Part shown: positions 28,127 through 41,019 of the stretch, piece by piece
How positions within the stretch are numbered: the first letter of the stretch is position 1
Layout of the letters: each line of letters begins with the position of its first letter
NCBI GenBank assembly: GCA_965655095.1
Contig: OZ296656.1
Location: forward strand, 9,548,001-9,612,000
DNA: 64,000 nucleotides
DNA from: Haplodiscus bocki
Lineage: Eukaryota
Reading direction: 5' to 3'
The notes under the pieces: model-generated
The model's database searches: none
Told to the model about the DNA's origin: nothing
The model's input: only the letters and a program-made list of their open reading frames with translations
Made by a program: the position numbers and the translations under genes

Positions 28127-31100
28127 CATCACATTTTCATTCCCTGGCGATTTCACCCCACTGAAACCTCAAACCCTTAAATTTACATTCCATAAAACAT
28201 CAACCGTGCTTTTTATATTCAACACCACTTAATCCCATGACAAATCCAGCCCCCTAAAAACTCAACCCTTTACAATTCCTTCAAGAACAACATCAACCCG
28301 TTGAAAATCAAACCCATCACAATTTCATCCCTTGACATTTTCATTCAAATAAAAACTCACTCCGTCACACCTTATATTCAACACCATTTCATCCCATGAC
28401 AATTCGACGCCATTAAAAATTCAATCAATCACGGTTTCATCCCATACAACTTCGACCCCTTGCACCTTAAACACAACACAATTTCACAACCGGACAATTT
28501 TACCCCATTACAAATCCAACAATTCACAATTTCATCTCATACAACTTCAAACACTTGCAACTTGAACCCATCAAAATTTCGTCCCATGGCAGCTTTACCA
28601 CTTTATAACATGAGCCCTCAAAAAGTCATCCCTTAAAACCTCAACTCCTTGTACTATAAACTCATCACACTTTCATCCCATGGCAATTTCACTCCATAAA
28701 AAATTTAGAACCTGACAATTTCTTTCCATACAACGTCAACTTCTTGCACTTTGATCCCATCACACGTTCATCCCATGACAATTTCACCCCACAAAAACCT
28801 CAACCCTTACACTTTATATTCAACACCATTTCATCCCATGACAATTCGACCCCATTAAAAACTCAATCCATCACGGTTTCATCCCAAACAACTTGCATTC
28901 TAACCCACCACAATTTCAGAACCCGAAAATTTTACCCACTACAATTGCAAATACTTACTTTTTCATCTCTTACTACTTCAAACTCTTGCACCCTAAACTC
29001 ATCACATTGTAATTGCATGGCAAATTTACTCCATAATAACGTCAACCCCTCAAAATATCTTTTTTACGACTTCAACTCATTGCACTTTAAACTCATTGTT
29101 GTTTCATCCGATGGCAATTTCACTCCACTGAAACCTCAACCACCTAAATATACGTCGCATAATATTTCAACCCAAAAAATTCAAATTCAACACCATTCCA
29201 TCCGATGTCAATTCCACCCCAATAAAATATCAATATCTTACATTCTCTTCATAAACAACTTCAAGTTTCAACCTCTTACACTTTCATCCCGTATAATTTA
29301 ATCCCCCGGCACCCAAAACTCATCACAATTTCATCCCATGACAATTCCACCCCAATGAAACGTCAACCCCTTGTAACTTCTTCATAAACAAATTCAACCC
29401 CTCGAACTTCAAACCCATCATAAATCAAAACCCTGACAAATTTAACCCATTAAAAATGCAGCCATTTACAGTTTCATCTCATAAAACTTCAAGCCTTTCA
29501 CTTTACAGCCATCACAGTTTCATCCCATGACTAATCCAGCCTATTAAAAGCTAAGTCCCTTGCAATTTCATACCATAAAATTTCAATCCCTTTCACTTCA
29601 AAACCAACACGATGCGGAACCTGACAGTTCTACCCAATTAGAATTGCAACCTCTCACAAATTCATCTCATACAACTTCGGACCCTTGCAACTTAAACCCA
29701 TAAAATTTTCATCCCCCGGCAGTTTTACCGCATTTTAGCATCAACAAAATAAAATTTCAACCCCTAAAGCCTCAAGGCCTTGTACTATAAACTCACCACA
29801 AATTCATCCCATGGCATTTTCACTCCATTAAGAATTGAAAACTTTACAAATTCATCACAGAAATCTTCAACCCAAGCACTTTACACACATCAAAGTTTCA
29901 TCCCATGAAAAATTCAGCCCATTAAGGTTTCAACACCCTTCATTTTCATCCCATAAAACTGAATCGTCCGGCACTTCAAACCCATCACAATTTCACCTAA
30001 TGACAGTTTCACCCGAATAATAAGTCAACCCGTTGCATTTTCTACTCAAACAACTTCAACACTTTGAACTTTAAACCCATCACAATTTCATCCCATGTCA
30101 ATTTCAGCGCAATACAACTTCAACTCGTAAGAATTTTATCCCATACAACTTCAACACTTTGAACTTTCAACCCAACACATTTTAGGACTCTGACATTTTT
30201 AACCCATTAAAAATGCAACCCATTACAATTTCAGCTCAAACAACTTCAAACACTTGGACCTTGAACCCATCACAATTTCATCCCATGTCAATTTCAGCCC
30301 AATACAACTTCAACTCGTAAGACTTTTATCCCATACAACTTCAACACTTTGAACTTTCATTCCACCACATTTTAGGACTCTGACATTTTTAACCCATTAA
30401 AAATGCAACCCATTACAATTTCAGCTCAAACAACTTCAAACACTTGGACCTTGAACCCATCACAATTTCATCCCATGTCAATTTCAGCCCAATACAACTT
30501 CAAATCGTAAGAATTTTATCCCATACAACTTCAACACTTTGAACTTTCAACCCACCACATTTTAGGACTCTGACATTTTTAACCCATTAAAAATGCAACC
30601 CATTACAATTTCAGCTCAAACAACTTCAAACACTTGGACCTTGAACCCATCACAGTTTCATCCCATGACAACTTCATTCCATTAAAATTTCAATTCTTAC
30701 AGCTTCATCCCATACAATTTGAATCCCGCACACTTCAAACCAATCGCAATTTCATCTGAAGGCAATTTCATCCCAATAAAAATTCAATGCCTCACATTTT
30801 CGTCCAAAAGACTTCAGACTTTCGCCCTTTAAGCCCATCACAATTTCATCCCAAGTCAATTTCACACCGATACAACCTGAACCCGTAAGAATTTTATCCC
30901 ATGCAACTTGAACCCCTTGAATTTCAAACCCACCACAAAGTAGGACCCTGACATTTTTAACCCATTACGAATGCAACCCTTTACAAAATCATCTCACACA
31001 AAGTCTAAACCTTGCACCTTAAACCCATCAAAGGTTCATTCAATGACAGTTTCACCCCATTAAAACTCAATCCCTTACAATTTCAACTCATACAACTTCA

Positions 31101-34100
31101 AACACTTGCACCTTAAACCCATCACACTTTCATCCGATGGCAGTTTTACCCCTTTAAAACGTCATCCCCTGAAGATTTCATCCCTTATAACCTCACTCTA
31201 TTAAAAAAGTAAACCCTTACAATTTCTTCCCATACAATTTAAACCCCTTGTACTTTACACAGGTCAAAGTTTCATCCCATGAACAATTCAACCCATTGAA
31301 GTGTCAACACCTTTCATTTTCATCCCATAAAACCTAACCTCCTGGCACCTTAAACGCATCACGATTTCGTCCCATGACAATTCGACCCCATTAAAAAGTC
31401 AACCCTTTACGTTTTTTCTTAAAATCTTCAACTCCTTGAACTTCAAACCCACCAGAAAAAAGGAACCTGACGTTTTTAACTAATACATTTGCAACCACTT
31501 CTATTTTCATCTAATTCAAATTCAAACGCTTGCGCTTTAAATCAATCACAATTTCATCCCAAGACAAATTCACCCCATTAAAGTTTCAATACTTTGCAGT
31601 TTCATCGCCTAAACCTTCAACCCCGCGCACTTCAAACACATCACGATTCCAACCCATGACAATTTCACCCCAATAAAAACTCAATGGCTCAAAATTTCTT
31701 CTCAAAAAAATTCACCCTTGCACTTTAAACCCGGCACAAATTCAGACCCTGACAATTTTGCCCAGTACAATTGCAACCCCTTACAATTACATCTCTTACA
31801 ACATCACCCTTCCATCTTAAGCCTATCAAACTGTAATCCCTTGGCAACTTCAATACATTATAACGTCAACACCTTAAAATTTCATTCCTTAAAACTTCAA
31901 CACCTTGCACTTTAAACCAAAGGAAATTTAATCCCATGTCAGTTTCACTCCAAAAGGACCTCAACCTGTAAAAAGTACATCCCATGCAACTTCAAAACTT
32001 TGAAATTCAAAACAACCACATTATAGGACTCTGACATTTTTAACCCATTAAAAATGCAACCCATTACAATTTCAGCTCAAACAACTTCAAACACTTGGAC
32101 CTTGAACCCATCACAATTTCATCCCATGTCAATTTCAGCCCAATACAACTTCAAATCGTAAGAATTTTATCCCATACAACTTCAACACTTTGAACTTTCA
32201 ACCCACCACATTTTAGGACTCTGACATTTTTAACCCATTAAAAATGCAACCCATTACAATTTCAGCTCAAACAACTTCAAACACTTGGACCTTGAACCCA
32301 TCACAGTTTCATCCCATGACAACTTCATTCCATTAAAATTTCAATTCTTACAGCTTCATCCCATACAATTTGAATCCCGCACACTTCAAACCAATCGCAA
32401 TTTCATCTGAAGGCAATTTCATCCCAATAAAAATTCAATGCCTCACATTTTCGTCCAAAAGACTTCAGACTTTCGCCCTTTAAGCCCATCACAATTTCAT
32501 CCCAAGTCAATTTCACACCGATACAACCTGAACCCGTAAGAATTTTATCCCATGCAACTTGAACCCCTTGAATTTCAAACCCACCACAAAGTAGGACCCT
32601 GACATTTTTAACCCACTACAAAAGCAACCCCTTACAAATTCATCTCATACAAAATCAAACACTTCCACCTTAAACCCATCACAGGTTCATCCATGACAGT
32701 TTCACCCCATTAAACTTCAATCCTTACAGTCTCATCTCATACAATTTCAAACACTTGCGCCTTAAACCCATCATAATTTCATCCGCTGACAATTTCACTC
32801 CATTAAAATTTCAATCCCTTACTGTTTCATCCCATACAATTTCAACCCTGCGCTCTTCAAACCAATCACATTTTCATCTCAAGACAATTTCAAACCAACA
32901 AGAAACTAAGGCCTCACAATTTCGTCCCAAAAGACTTCAAACCCTTGCCCTTTAAACAGACCCCAAATTCAGACCCTGAAAACTTTACTCTAGTACAATT
33001 GCAACTCCTTACAATTACATCTCTTACAACTTCACACCCTTGAACCTTTAGCCTATCACATTGTAATCCCATGGCAACTTCACTCCGATGTAACGTCAAC
33101 ACCTTAAAAAACGTTCGCCTAAAACATCAACACCTTGAACTGTCAGCCCATCACAATTTGATCCCATGTCAATTTCATCCCAATAGAACCTCAACCCGTA
33201 AGAAGTTCATCCCATTCAACTTGATTCCCTTGAACTTCAAACCCACCATAATTTAAGACACTGACAGTTTGAACCCAATACAAACGCAACCCCTTACAAA
33301 TTCATCTCATACAAAATCAAAGCTTTGCACCTTAAACCCATCACAGGTTCATCCCATGAGAGTTTCACCCCATTAAGATCTAAATCCCCTAAATTTCATC
33401 TCTTACAACTTCAATCACTTGCACCTTAGACCCATCATAGTTTCATCCCGTGGCAGTTCCACCACTTTATAGCATCATCTTTTGAAAAATTCATCCCTTA
33501 AGACCTCACACTAATAAAAAGGTAAACCCTTAAAATTTCTTCCCAAACAATTTAAATCCCTTGTACTTTACACACGTCAAAGTTTCATCCCATGAAAAAT
33601 TCAACCCTTTGAAGTGTCATCACCTTTCAATTTCATCACATAAAACCTAATCCCCTGGCAACTTAAACGCATCACATTTTCATTCCCTGGCGATTTCACC
33701 CCACTGAAACCTCAAGCCCTTAAATTTACATTCCATAAAACATCAACCGTGCACTTTATATTCAACACCACTTAATCCCATGACAAATCCAGCCCCCTAA
33801 AAACTCAACCCTTTACAATTTCTTCAAGAACAACATCAACCCGTTGAAATTCAAACCCATCACAATTTCATCCCTTGACATTTTCATTCAAATAAAAACT
33901 CACTCCGTCACACCTTATATTCAACACCATTTCATCCCATGACAATTCGACGCCATTAAAAATTCAATCAATCACGGTTTCATCCCATACAACTTCGACC
34001 CCTTGCACCTTAAACACAACACAATTTCACAACCGGACAATTTTACCCCATTACAAATCCAACAGTTCACAATTTCATCTCATACAACTTCAAACACTTG

Positions 34101-37100
34101 CAACTTGAACCCATCAAAATTTCGTCCCATGGCAGCTTTACCACTTTATAACATGAGCCCTCAAAAAGTCATCCCTTAAAACCTCAACTCTTTGTACTAT
34201 AAACTCATCACACTTTCATCCCATGGCAATTTCACTCCATAAAAAATTTAGAACCTGACAATTTCTTTCCATACAACGTCAACTTCTTGCACTTTGATCC
34301 CATCACACGTTCATCCCATGACAATTTCACCCCACAAAAACCTCAACCCTTACACTTTATATTCAACACCATTTCATCCCATGACAATTCGACCCCATTA
34401 AAAACTCAATCCATCACGGTTTCATCCCAAACAACTTGCATTCTAACCCACCACAATTTCAGAACCCGAAAATTTTACCCACTACAATTGCAAATACTTA
34501 CTTTTTCATCTCTTACTACTTCAAACTCTTGCACCCTAAACTCATCACATTGTAATTGCATGGCAAATTTACTCCATAATAACGTCAACCCCTCAAAATA
34601 TCTTTTTTACGACTTCAACTCATTGCACTTTAAACTCATTGTTGTTTCATCCGATGGCAATTTCACTCCACTGAAACCTCAACCACCTAAATATACGTCG
34701 CATAATATTTCAACCCAAAAAATTCAAATTCAACACCATTCCATCCGATGTCAATTCCACCCCAATAAAATATCAATATCTTACATTCTCTTCATAAACA
34801 ACTTCAAGTTTCAACCTCTTACACTTTCATCCCGTATAATTTAATCCCCCGGCACCCAAAACTCATCACAATTTCATCCCATGACAATTCCACCCCAATG
34901 AAACGTCAACCCCTTGTAACTTCTTCATAAACAAATTCAACCCCTCGAACTTCAAACCCATCATAAATCAAAACCCTGACAAATTTAACCCATTAAAAAT
35001 GCAGCCATTTACAGTTTCATCTCATAAAACTTCAAGCCTTTCACTTTACAGCCATCACAGTTTCATCCCATGACTAATCCAGCCTATTAAAAGCTAAGTC
35101 CCTTGCAATTTCATACCATAAAATTTCAATCTCTTTCACTTCAAAACCAACACAATGCGGAACCTGACAGTTCTACCCAATTAGAATTGCAACCTCTCAC
35201 AAATTCATCTCATACAACTTCGGACCCTTGCAACTTAAACCCATAACATTTTCATCCCCCGGCAGTTTTACCGCATTTTAGCATCAACAAAATAAAATTT
35301 CAACCCCTAAAGCCTCAAGGCCTTGTACTATAAACTCACCACAAATTCATCCCATGGCATTTTCACTCCATTAAGAATTGAAAACTTTACAAATTCATCA
35401 CAGAAATCTTCAACCCAAGCACTTTACACACATCAAAGTTTCATCCCATGAAAAATTCAGCCCATTAAGGTTTCAACACCCTTCATTTTCATCCCATAAA
35501 ACTGAATCGTCCGGCACTTCAAACCCATCACAATTTCACCTAATGACAGTTTCACCCCAATAATAAGTCAACCCGTTGCATTTTCTACTCAAACAACTTC
35601 AACACTTTGAACTTTAAACCCATCACAATTTCATCCCATGTCAATTTCAGCGCAATACAACTTCAACTCGTAAGAATTTTATCCCATACAACTTCAACAC
35701 TTTGAACTTTCAACCCAACACATTTTAGGACTCTGACATTTTTAACCCATTAAAAATGCAACCCATTACAATTTCAGCTCAAACAACTTCAAACACTTGG
35801 ACCTTGAACCCATCACAATTTCATCCCATGTCAATTTCAGCCCAATACAACTTCAACTCGTAAGACTTTTATCCCATACAACTTCAACACTTTGAACTTT
35901 CATTCCACCACATTTTAGGACTCTGACATTTTTAACCCATTAAAAATGCAACCCATTACAATTTCAGCTCAAACAACTTCAAACACTTGGACCTTGAACC
36001 CATCACAGTTTCATCCCATGACAACTTCATTCCATTGAAATTTCAATCTTTTACAGCTTCATCCCATACAATTTGAATCCCGCACACTTCAAACCAATCG
36101 CAATTTCATCTGAAGGCAATTTCATCCCAATAAAAATTCAATGAATCACATTTTCGTCCAAAAGACTTCAGACCTTCGCCCTTTAAGCCCATCACAATTT
36201 CATCCCAAGTCAATTTCACCCCGATACAACCTGAACCCGTAAGAATTTTATCCCATGCAACTTGAACCCCTTGAATTTCAAACCCACCACAAAGTAGGAC
36301 CCTGACAATTTTAACCCATTACGAATGCAACCCTTTACAAATTCATCTCACACAAATTCAAAACCTTGCACCTTAAACCCATCAAAGGTTCATTCCATGA
36401 CAGTTTCACCCCATTAAAACTCAATCCCTTACATTTTCAACTCATACAACTTCAAACACTTGCACCTTAAACCCATCACATTTTCATCCTATGGCAGTTT
36501 TACCCCTTTATAACGTCATCCCCTGAAGATTTCATCCCTTAAGACCTCACTCTGTTAAAAGGGTAAACCCTTACAATTTCTTCCCGTACAATTTAAACCC
36601 CTTGTACTTAACACACGTCAAAGTTTCATCCCATGAAAAATTCAACCCATTGAAGTGTCAACACCTTTCAATTTCATCCCATAAAACCTAATCTCCTGGC
36701 ACCTTAAACGAGTCACGATTTCGTTCCATGACAATTCGACCCCATTAAGAAATCAACCCTTTACGTTTCTTCTTAAAATCTTCAACTCCTTGAACTTCAA
36801 ACTCACCAGAAATTAGGAACCTGACGTTTTTAACTAATACAATTGCAACCACTTATATTTTCATCTAATTCAAATTCAAACGCTTGCGCCTTAAATCAAT
36901 CACAGTTTCATCCCAAGACAAATTCACCCCATTAAAGTTTCAATCCTTTGCACATTCATCGCCTAAAACTTCAACCCCGCGCACTTCAAACACATCACGA
37001 TTTCAACCCATGACATTTTCACCCCAATAAAAACTCAATGGCTCAAAATTTCTTCTCAAAAAAATTCACCCTTGCACTTTAAACCCGCCAAAATTTCAGA

Positions 37101-39126
37101 CCCCGACAATTTTGCCCAGTACAATTGCAACCCCTTACAATTACATCTCTTACAACATCACATCTTTCCATCTTAAGCCTATCAAACTGTAATCCCTTGA
37201 CAACTTCAATACATTATAACGTCAACACCTTAAAAATTCATTCCTTAAAACTTCAACACCTTGCACTTTAAACCAATGGAAACTTAATCCCATGTCAGTT
37301 TCACTCCAAAATGACCTCAACCTGTAAAAAGTACATCCCATGCAACTTCAAAACTTTGAAATTCAAAACAACCACATTATAGGACTCTGACATTTTTAAC
37401 CCATAAAAAATGCAACCCCTTACAAATTCATCTAAAACAATTTCAAAACCTTGCACCTTAAACCCATCACGGGTTCATCCCATGACAGTTTCACCCCATT
37501 TAAAATTCAATCCCTTACACTTTCATCTCATACAACTTCAAACACTTGCACCTTAAACCCATCAGTTTCATCCGATGACAAATTCACTCGATTAAAACTT
37601 CAATCCTTTACAGTTTCATCCCATACAATTTCAACCCCGCGCACTTCAAACCAACCACAATTTCATCTCAAGACAGTTTCACCCCAATAAAATATTAATG
37701 CCTCGCATTTTTGTCCCAAAAGACTTCAAACCCTTGCACTTTAAACCGACCCAAATTTCAGACACTGACAATTTTACTCCAGTACAATTGCAACCCCTCA
37801 CAATTACCTCTCTTAAAACTTCACACCCTTGGAACTTAAGCCTATCACTTTGTAATCCCATGGCAACTTCACTCCGAGGTAACGTCAACACCTTAAAAGT
37901 TCTTTCCTTAAAACTTCAACACCTTCAACTTTAAAGCCATCACAAATTCGTCCCATGTCGATTTCACCCCAATACAATATCAACCCGTAAGTATTACATA
38001 CCATGCAACTTGAAAACGTTGAATTTCAAACCCACCACAATTTAAGACCCTCACAATTTCAACCCACTACAAATGCAACCCCTTACAAATTCATCTCATA
38101 CAAAATCAAACACTTCCACCTTAAACCCATCACAGGTTCATCCATGACAGTTCCACCCCATTGAACTTCAATCCTTACAGTCTCATCTCATACAATTTCA
38201 AACACTTGCGCCTTAAACCCATCACAATTTCATCCGCTGACGATTTCACTCCATTAAAATTTCAATCCCTTACAGTTTCATCACATACAAATTCAACCCC
38301 GCGCTCTTGAAACCAATCACATTTTCATCTCAAGACAATTTCAACCCAACAAAAAATGAAGGCCTCACATTTGCGTCCCAAAAGACTTCAAACCCTTGCC
38401 CTTTAAACAGACCCCAAATTCAGACCCTGAAAACTTTACTCTAGTACAATTGCAACTCTTTACAATTACATCTCTTACAACTTCACACTCTTGAACCTGT
38501 AGCCTATCACATTGTAATCCCATGGCAAATTCACTCCGATGTAACGTCAACACCTTAAAAAACGTTCCCTTAAAACATCAACACCTTGAACTGTGAACCC
38601 ATCACAATTTCATCCCATGTCAATTTCATCCCAATAGAAACTCAACCCGTAAGAAGTTCATCCCATTCAACTTGATTCCCTTGAACTTCAAACCCACCAT
38701 AATTTAAGACACTGACAGTTTGAACCCAATACAAATGCAACCCCTCACAAATTCATCTCATACAAAATCAAAGCTTTGCACCTTAAACCCATCACAGGTT
38801 CATCCCATGACAGTTTCACCCCATTAAGGTCTAAATCCCCTAAATTTCATCTCATACAACTTCAATCACTCGCACCTTAGACCCATCACAGTTTCATCCC
38901 ATGGCAGTTTTACCACTTTATAGCATCATCCTTTGAAAAATTCATCCCTCAAGACCTCACTCTATTAAAAAAGTAAACCCTTACAATTTCTTCCCATACA
39001 ATTTAAACCCCTTGTACTTTACACAGGTCAAAGTTTCATCCCATGAAAAATTCAACCCATTGAAGTGTCAACACCTTTCAATTTAATCCCATAAAACCTA
39101 ATCCCCTGGCACCTTAAACGCATCAC
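28127..39126. repeat. Tandem duplication of ~5.5 kb (28127-33669 / 33670-~39126) with internal rearrangements
   Basis: ORF pairs 28744/34287 and 29835/35378 are at offset 5543. The offset becomes ~5353 after the 190-bp array and 5451 distally (32914/38365). Confidence 0.9.
30077..30660. repeat. 190-bp dimer (A-type + B-type 95-mers) x3; x2 in the sister copy at ~35620-36013
   Basis: TCCCATG at 30091, 30281, 30471 and 30661; sister copy at 35634, 35824 and 36014. Confidence 0.93.
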
Positions 39127-41019
39127 GATTTCGTCCCATGACAATTCGACCCCATTAAAAATTCAACCCCTTACATTTCTTCATAAAAACTTCAACTCCT
39201 TGAACTTCAAACCCACCAGAATTTAGGAAACTGACATTTTTAACCCAATACAATGGCAACCACTTACAATTTCATCTCATACAACTTCAAACACTTGCGC
39301 CCTAAACCCATCACAGTTTCATCCCAAGACAAATTCATCCCGATAAATTTTAATCCCCTAAAATTTCAACCCCGCGCACTTCAAAGCCACCACAATTGCA
39401 CACTATGACAATTTCACCCGAAAAAAAATTCAATGGCTCACAATTTAACACCAAAAAAACTCCAACCCCTTGCACTTTAAACCCACCCCAATTTCAGACC
39501 CTGACAAATTTAACCAACACAATTGCCACCCCTTACAGTTACATCTCTTACAACTTCACACCCTTGCACCTTTAGCCTATCACATTGTAATCCCATGGCA
39601 ACTTCACTCCTTTACAACGTCAACATCTTAGAATTTCAATCCTTAAAACTTCAACACCTTCCACTTTAAACCCATCACAATTTAATTCCATCTCAATTTC
39701 ACTCCAATAGAACCTCAACCCGTAATAACTACATCCCATGCAATTTCAACCCCTGAACTTCAAAACCACTACAATTTAAGTCCCTGACACTTTTACCCCA
39801 CTACAAATGCAACCCCTTACACTTCCGTCTCATACAAATTCAGAGCTTTGGACATTAAAACCATCAAAGGTTCATCTCATGACAGTTTCACCCGATTAAA
39901 ATTTCAAACCCTAACGGTTTCATCCCTTACAGCCTCAACCACTGCCACTTCAAAATTTATCTCAATTTCCTGCGAAGACGAAGCCACTGCATTAATTTTT
40001 CAGTCCTTTACAACTTCATACCTTGAAACTTCAAAACCTTGCACCTTAAACCCTCCACAATGCAGATCCTGTCAGTTTTACGGCATTACAAAAGCAACCC
40101 CTTACGATGTCGTCTCATACAAATTCAATCACTTGCAACTTAAACCCATAACAGTTTCATCCCATGGCAGCTTTACCACTTTATAACGTCACGCCCTGAA
40201 AATTTCATCCCTTAAAACCTCAAGTCCTTGTGTTATAAACTCATCACAATTTTTTTCCATGGCAATTTCACTCCATTAAAAAGTGAAACCCGTACAATTT
40301 CTTCCCATACAGTTTCAACCCCTTGCACTTTACACCCATCACAGTTTCATCCCGTGAGAATGTCACCGCATTAAAGGTTCAACTCCTTACAACCTCATCC
40401 CATAAAACCCAATCCCCTGGCACTTCCAACGCACCACGATTTCGTCCCATGACAATTCCAGCCAATTAAAAATTCAACCCAATACATTTCTTCATGAAAA
40501 ACTTACAGTCTCATCACATACAACTTCAAACACTTGCGCCTTAAACCCATCACAGTTTCATCCCCAGACAAATTCAAACCATTGAAAGCTAATCCCTTAA
40601 AACTTCAACCCCGCGCACTTCAATTCCATCACAATTCCGTCCCAGTACAATTTCACCTCAGTAAAAACTCAATGGCTCATAATTTTTTCCCAAAAAACTT
40701 CCACCCGTTGCACTTTAAACCCGCCACAGTTTCAGACAATGACAACTTTGTCCCCCTTACAATTGCAACCCCTTACATTTTCATCTCATAAAACTTCAAA
40801 CCCTTGCAGTTTAAACTCATCACAGGTTCATTCCATGACAATTTCAACCCATTAAATTTTCAATCACTGAAAGTTACAACCCATACAACTTCAACCCTTT
40901 GCGTTATAAACCCACCACGAATTCAGACCCTGACAATATTATCCCATTACAATTGCAACCCCTTACAATTACATCTCATACAACTGAAACCGTTGCACCT
41001 TGAACCCATCACATTGTAA

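Noticed and set aside
28744-29301. Longest ORF (185 aa, duplicated at 34287) and all other listed ORFs as protein-coding genes
   Set aside because: They are translations of the satellite. The 95-bp period is not a multiple of 3, many start at TTG, overlapping frames are equally open, and paralogues are freely frameshifted or stopped. The + strand bias follows from G-poverty (fewer TAG/TGA) and from TTTCA giving TGA on the - strand.
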